Shown here piece after piece: positions 60,276 to 64,000 of a DNA stretch of 64,000 nt (position 1 is the first letter of the stretch; each line of letters starts with the position of its first letter). The notes beneath the pieces are model-generated. The model saw only the letters and a list, made by a program, of their open reading frames with translations. It had not been told where the DNA came from and did no database searches. The translations under genes and the position numbers were made by a program. The DNA comes from Chloroflexota bacterium (GTDB taxonomy: Bacteria; Chloroflexota; Dehalococcoidia; DSTF01; RBG-16-68-14), in the NCBI GenBank assembly GCA_022562155.1, contig JADFPV010000002.1, positions 9,712-73,711 of the forward strand, read 5' to 3'.

Positions 60276-62360
60276 ATGAACGACCATCCTGAAGGCCCTC
60301 GAACGCTCTGGACTCAAGTTAGGGACGGCTTGCCCCTTTTGGAGGAGACCGTCGCGCGCGGTCTGGAGCTGGAGCAGGGACGCCATCCTACGTTGACGGA
60401 CTTGCGAGAAGCGCTTGAGTTCGATCTAGACCTTGATGGCGTGGGCAGGGCCGCCCGCGATGTACGCCTACCTCGGGAAGAGCCTCCTTCGGATGAACTC
60501 CTCAAGCACTACATCGACACCATGTACCGAGCGATCGCATCTTCGAGGCTGATTCGGGTCGAGATCGCAGACTCGGCCACGACGGCCAGCAGGCCTGACG
60601 GCGCGATCCAACTCCGGGCCGGCGAACGGCTGTGGCTGCTCGTATTCGTCGATAACCAGACGACGAATCCGGCTGAGTTCTCAGCGAGGGTAGGGAACAC
60701 GACGTTCGCGGGCACTGCCGAGTCTGGCAGGGTTGCTTCGGTCCTCGTCGACGCGGGCGAGGTGTTTGTTGGAACTCACGAAGTCAGCCTGGAACTCGAG
60801 TGCCAGAACTGGAAGGAAGCGATCCAGGTACCAATTGAAGTTCAACCTGCCTGGCGGCTGTCCGTGGCGCTGCTCGACGACGAAACCGACGTCAGTACGG
60901 CGGCACGAGTGTACCTGAACGATCAGCTTGGGCCTGCCTGGCCCGAAGAGGCCAAGATCCGGCGCGACGAGCACGAGAACGAGTTTTTTCACGCAGACGG
61001 CAGCTTCGAGGCGACCGTGAGCGGCGATGCCACGCTCGTCGTCACGCGAGGTATGGAGTACGAGCCGCTGGAAGTCGTGATCCCCGCCCCCAGCGGTCCG
61101 GGACATTCGGAAACGCTCCGGCTCCGTCGCTGGTCGCACATGGCCGCCGATGGCTGGTGGAGCGGCGATGTGCATGTCCATCTCCACTATGGAGGCGAGT
61201 ACCTACTAGACCCGGAACACGCATCCCTCGTGCAGCGCGGCGAGGACGTCAACTTTATGAACATGATGGTCGCGAATCAGGGCAGCGCGTTTGTCCACGA
61301 CCAGACGTTTTTCGAGGGGCGCCCTCACGAGCTGAGCGACAGTGAGCACATCCTGCGCTGGGGCGAGGAGTATCGGAACGATTTCTATGGACACCTCTGC
61401 ATGTACGGCATTCGCGATCTTGTGCCGCCTATCTACAGCGGCTTCCGGCTCAGCGAACATGCGCATGACCTGCCCGCCAATGTAGTAGGCGCCGACCGCT
61501 GTCACGAAGCCGGGGGCACCTTAAGCTACGCGCACCCGCTGTTCGGCACGGGCAACCTAGACAGGGTTTTCACGCACCCGCGCACTGTAGAGGCGAAGGA
61601 GCTGCCGGTGGATGTCGCGTTGGGCAAGATCGACGCGCTAGACGTCATGTCGTACCCCAGTTCAGATTTGGAGACGTCCGAACTCTGGTACAAGCTCCTC
61701 AACTGCGGCTTCCGCCTGCCCGCGACGGCAGGGACCGACACGTTCATGAACTTTGCAGGGACTGGCATCTTCAGTAATCCTCCTGCCGGCAACCGTGTGT
61801 TCGTGAACGTCGAGGGCGACTTCACCACCGAGTCCTGGTGCGAAGCGATCCGAGATGGAAGGACCTTCGTCACGAACGGGCCGATGCTGAGCCTCGATGT
61901 AAACGGACAGGGCATCGGTGCGCGGCTTGAACTTGAAGCCGGCCAGACCGTTGATATCGTGGGCGAGGCCCGCTCTCACATCCCGCTCGAACAGATCGAA
62001 CTGGTGCTGAATGGCGAAATCGTGGCGAGCGGCGAGATTGTTGAAGGCGGCAAGCGCGCTCGTCTCCAAAGTAGCATCACGATAGAGTCGGATTCATGGG
62101 TTGCTCTTCGAACAAGAGGGCCGCTGCACCCGCACGTTCTGGGCGGACGACTGTTTGCGCACACCAGTCCGGTCTACGTTGGGGCTGGTCTGGCGAACCC
62201 CAAGCGAATCGAAGCCGCGGCCTATTTCGTCGAGTGGATAGAGCGTTTGATCGCGATGTGCCGCGAGCATGGTAGATACCCCTCGGACAAGGAACGAGAC
62301 GAGGTCATCGACCTATTCCGTTCCGGGCAGGCATACTACCATCACCTCGCCGTCGAATAG
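60276..62360 (+). CDS. Large metal-dependent hydrolase-like protein (CehA/McbA- or PHP-like His-cluster domain) with an N-terminal extension of about 280 aa
   Basis: WWSGDVHVHLHYGGEY is a metal-binding His cluster. There are further His/Asp motifs (YAHPLFG, LDVMSY, TAGTDTF). 694 aa. Confidence 0.5.
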   Translation: MNDHPEGPRTLWTQVRDGLPLLEETVARGLELEQGRHPTLTDLREALEFDLDLDGVGRAARDVRLPREEPPSDELLKHYIDTMYRAIASSRLIRVEIADSATTASRPDGAIQLRAGERLWLLVFVDNQTTNPAEFSARVGNTTFAGTAESGRVASVLVDAGEVFVGTHEVSLELECQNWKEAIQVPIEVQPAWRLSVALLDDETDVSTAARVYLNDQLGPAWPEEAKIRRDEHENEFFHADGSFEATVSGDATLVVTRGMEYEPLEVVIPAPSGPGHSETLRLRRWSHMAADGWWSGDVHVHLHYGGEYLLDPEHASLVQRGEDVNFMNMMVANQGSAFVHDQTFFEGRPHELSDSEHILRWGEEYRNDFYGHLCMYGIRDLVPPIYSGFRLSEHAHDLPANVVGADRCHEAGGTLSYAHPLFGTGNLDRVFTHPRTVEAKELPVDVALGKIDALDVMSYPSSDLETSELWYKLLNCGFRLPATAGTDTFMNFAGTGIFSNPPAGNRVFVNVEGDFTTESWCEAIRDGRTFVTNGPMLSLDVNGQGIGARLELEAGQTVDIVGEARSHIPLEQIELVLNGEIVASGEIVEGGKRARLQSSITIESDSWVALRTRGPLHPHVLGGRLFAHTSPVYVGAGLANPKRIEAAAYFVEWIERLIAMCREHGRYPSDKERDEVIDLFRSGQAYYHHLAVE

Positions 62361-62441
62361 GCATGACGCGGTCAGGATCGACCTGCTTGACGCTCCTCCG
62401 CGCTACTAAGTAAGCTGCCTCCGCTAGGAGTTGAACAAGCT

Positions 62442-63557
62442 ATGAATTTTGGTCTTACTGAAGAGCAAGAGGTACTTAAGAGCGTCGCAAGGCGTTTCAT
62501 CGACGAGCAGGCGCCCATGGCGAAGGTTCGCGAGATCATGGAGTCGCCCGAAGCTCTGGACGAGGGACTCTGGAAGGGCATGGCAGAGTTGGGCTGGCAG
62601 GGCCTCATCGTAGATGAAGAACACGGTGGCGTTGGCCTTGGCTGGGTCGACCTCGTCGTCTTGCTGGAGGAGTCGGGGCGTGGACTGCTACCTTCGCCCC
62701 TTATCTCATCCTCGCTCGCGGCAGCTGCCGTCTCAGAGTTCGGCAGCGAGGAACAGAAGGAGCGCCATCTTCCCGCGCTTGCTGATGGCAGCGCGATCGG
62801 AACGCTGGCCGTGCTGGAGGCGAGTGACATTCCTGGCCCCGAAGGCGTCGAGCTTTCCGGGACGGCCGAGAACGGTGGCTTTCGTCTGAGCGGCAGTAAG
62901 CGATTCGTCCACGATGCCGGCGCCGCGACGGTCTTCATCGTGCCCTTCCGAGCCGGAGATGACATAAAGCTCGGCATCGTGGAGTCCAGCGCAGACGGTG
63001 TCACCGCGCGCAGCTTCCCGACCATGGACCAAACGAAGAGCATGGGCGACCTGACGCTGGACAACGCGCTCGTCGGAGCTGATGCGCTGCTGCCGGTCGA
63101 AGACGGCGCGGACGCGCTCGCTCGACTGCTGGACCTGGCGACGGTCGCGATCACGGCAGAGATGGTAGGCTCCATGGACAAAGCGCTGGAGATCACCAAC
63201 CAGTACGCCAAGGACCGCATTCAGTTCGACTCGCCCATCGGCAAATACCAAGGCGTCAAGCATCCGCTGGCGGAGATGTTCGTTGACGTGGAAACCAGTC
63301 GATCGCTGCTCTATTACGCAGCGTGGTGCGTGCAAGAGAAACCAGAGGACCTGCCCCTCGCCGCAGCTCGCGCGAAGGCGTACGCCAGCGAAGCCTTCAC
63401 GCGCATCGGCATCGACGGCGTGCAACTCCACGGTGCAATCGGGTTCACCGCGGAGTACGACGTGCAGCTCTACCTGAAGCGCTCCAAGTGGGCGCTTCCC
63501 GCCTTTGGAGACGCGGACTACCATTACGAACGCGTAGCGACACTAGGCGGCTACTAA
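62442..63557 (+). CDS. Acyl-CoA dehydrogenase family protein
   Basis: ACAD N-terminal, middle and C-terminal regions are recognisable (...GLGWVDLVVLLEE..., ...DRIQFDSPIGKYQGVKHPLAEM...). 371 aa. Confidence 0.8.
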   Translation: MNFGLTEEQEVLKSVARRFIDEQAPMAKVREIMESPEALDEGLWKGMAELGWQGLIVDEEHGGVGLGWVDLVVLLEESGRGLLPSPLISSSLAAAAVSEFGSEEQKERHLPALADGSAIGTLAVLEASDIPGPEGVELSGTAENGGFRLSGSKRFVHDAGAATVFIVPFRAGDDIKLGIVESSADGVTARSFPTMDQTKSMGDLTLDNALVGADALLPVEDGADALARLLDLATVAITAEMVGSMDKALEITNQYAKDRIQFDSPIGKYQGVKHPLAEMFVDVETSRSLLYYAAWCVQEKPEDLPLAAARAKAYASEAFTRIGIDGVQLHGAIGFTAEYDVQLYLKRSKWALPAFGDADYHYERVATLGGY

Positions 63558-63578
63558 CAGAGCCTTAGGAGGCTACTA

Positions 63579-64000
63579 ATGGACTTCAAGCTGACATCTG
63601 AAGAAGAGGCGTTCCGTGACGAGGTACGAGCGTTTATCAAGGAGAACCTCTCCGAGGAGGCGCGCAAGGATCCCAACTTCATGGCGACCTGGCTCAAGAA
63701 CGTGCGCGAGAAGCGCTGGGTGGGTTTCAACTGGCCTGAGGAGTACGGCGGCGGGGGCGGTGGCATCATGGAACAGGTGATCCTTAAGGAAGAGATGTCC
63801 AAGGCCGGTGCGCCGCCGCTGGGCACTTCGATGATGGGCCTCCAGTGGGTTGGCCCCGCGATCATCGAATACGGGACTGAGGAGCAGAAGAAGCAGTTCT
63901 TGCCGGACATCCTGGACAGCAAGTACCAGTGGTGCACGGGCTACTCCGAGCCGGGTTCGGGCAGCGACCTGGCGTCGCTGCAGTGCCGGGCCGTACGAGA
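63579..64000 (+). CDS. Acyl-CoA dehydrogenase family protein, 3' cut by the window edge
   Basis: TAGGAGG ribosome-binding site, then ATG at 63579. MDFKLTSEEEAFRDEVRAFIKENL... is the ACAD N-terminal domain. The frame runs to the end of the window. Confidence 0.7.
   Translation, partial: MDFKLTSEEEAFRDEVRAFIKENLSEEARKDPNFMATWLKNVREKRWVGFNWPEEYGGGGGGIMEQVILKEEMSKAGAPPLGTSMMGLQWVGPAIIEYGTEEQKKQFLPDILDSKYQWCTGYSEPGSGSDLASLQCRAVR

Noticed and set aside
62733-63524. 263-aa minus-strand ORF
   Set aside because: It is antisense to the acyl-CoA dehydrogenase gene.

Overview
This is a 64 kb, high-GC (about 65%) chromosomal segment from a bacterium. It uses GTG and TTG starts often, and many neighbouring genes are coupled by ATGA or GTGA stop/start overlaps. 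The gene content includes F420-type luciferase-like oxidoreductases, a mycothiol-type DinB/maleylpyruvate-isomerase-N-terminal-domain protein, a Ku/LigD end-joining locus and sortase-like C-terminal anchors. Together these point to a monoderm high-GC lineage, Actinomycetota- or Chloroflexota-like. I call about 52 protein-coding genes. I found no rRNA, tRNA, CRISPR array, transposase or integrase.

The most interesting regions are listed below.

- **1..5224.** An ECF-type transporter operon (EcfT, fused EcfA-EcfA', putative S component). It is flanked by two cell-surface-anchored proteins that look like the alpha domain (prenyltransferase/terpene-cyclase toroid) and beta domain (DUF4430) of transcobalamin/intrinsic factor. 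I read this as a candidate corrinoid-capture system.
- **5350..9765.** A 1471-aa signalling protein with the order zinc-ribbon, Ser/Thr kinase, STAND/AAA ATPase, TPR, class III nucleotidyl cyclase.
- **21193..25982.** A non-homologous end-joining locus: LigD (PE-Lig-Pol), Ku, and a second ligase-only gene whose motif I is KWGGVR rather than KxDG.
- **34000..35361.** A family III CoA-transferase whose domain order looks circularly permuted.
- **37423..37656.** A small histone-tail-like basic protein built from nested tandem DNA repeats.
- **48766..50043.** A tandem-GYD plus lysophospholipid-acyltransferase fusion.
- **50242..53953.** An extracytoplasmic redox cluster: a TlpA lipoprotein, CcdA, and a thioredoxin-NHL protein with NHLRC2-like architecture.
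- **55353..58004.** A rifampin-phosphotransferase-like PEP-utilizing enzyme split into two divergently transcribed genes.
- **42232..43602.** A secreted RCC1-repeat protein with a dockerin-like module.
- **18837..19610.** An orphan gene with lower GC than its surroundings.
- **32315..44851.** A recurring family of GCAGTTCC-TTCG-GGAACTGC-type stem-loops at convergent gene ends, REP-like.

All functional calls rest on motif recognition by eye. I ran no database searches.
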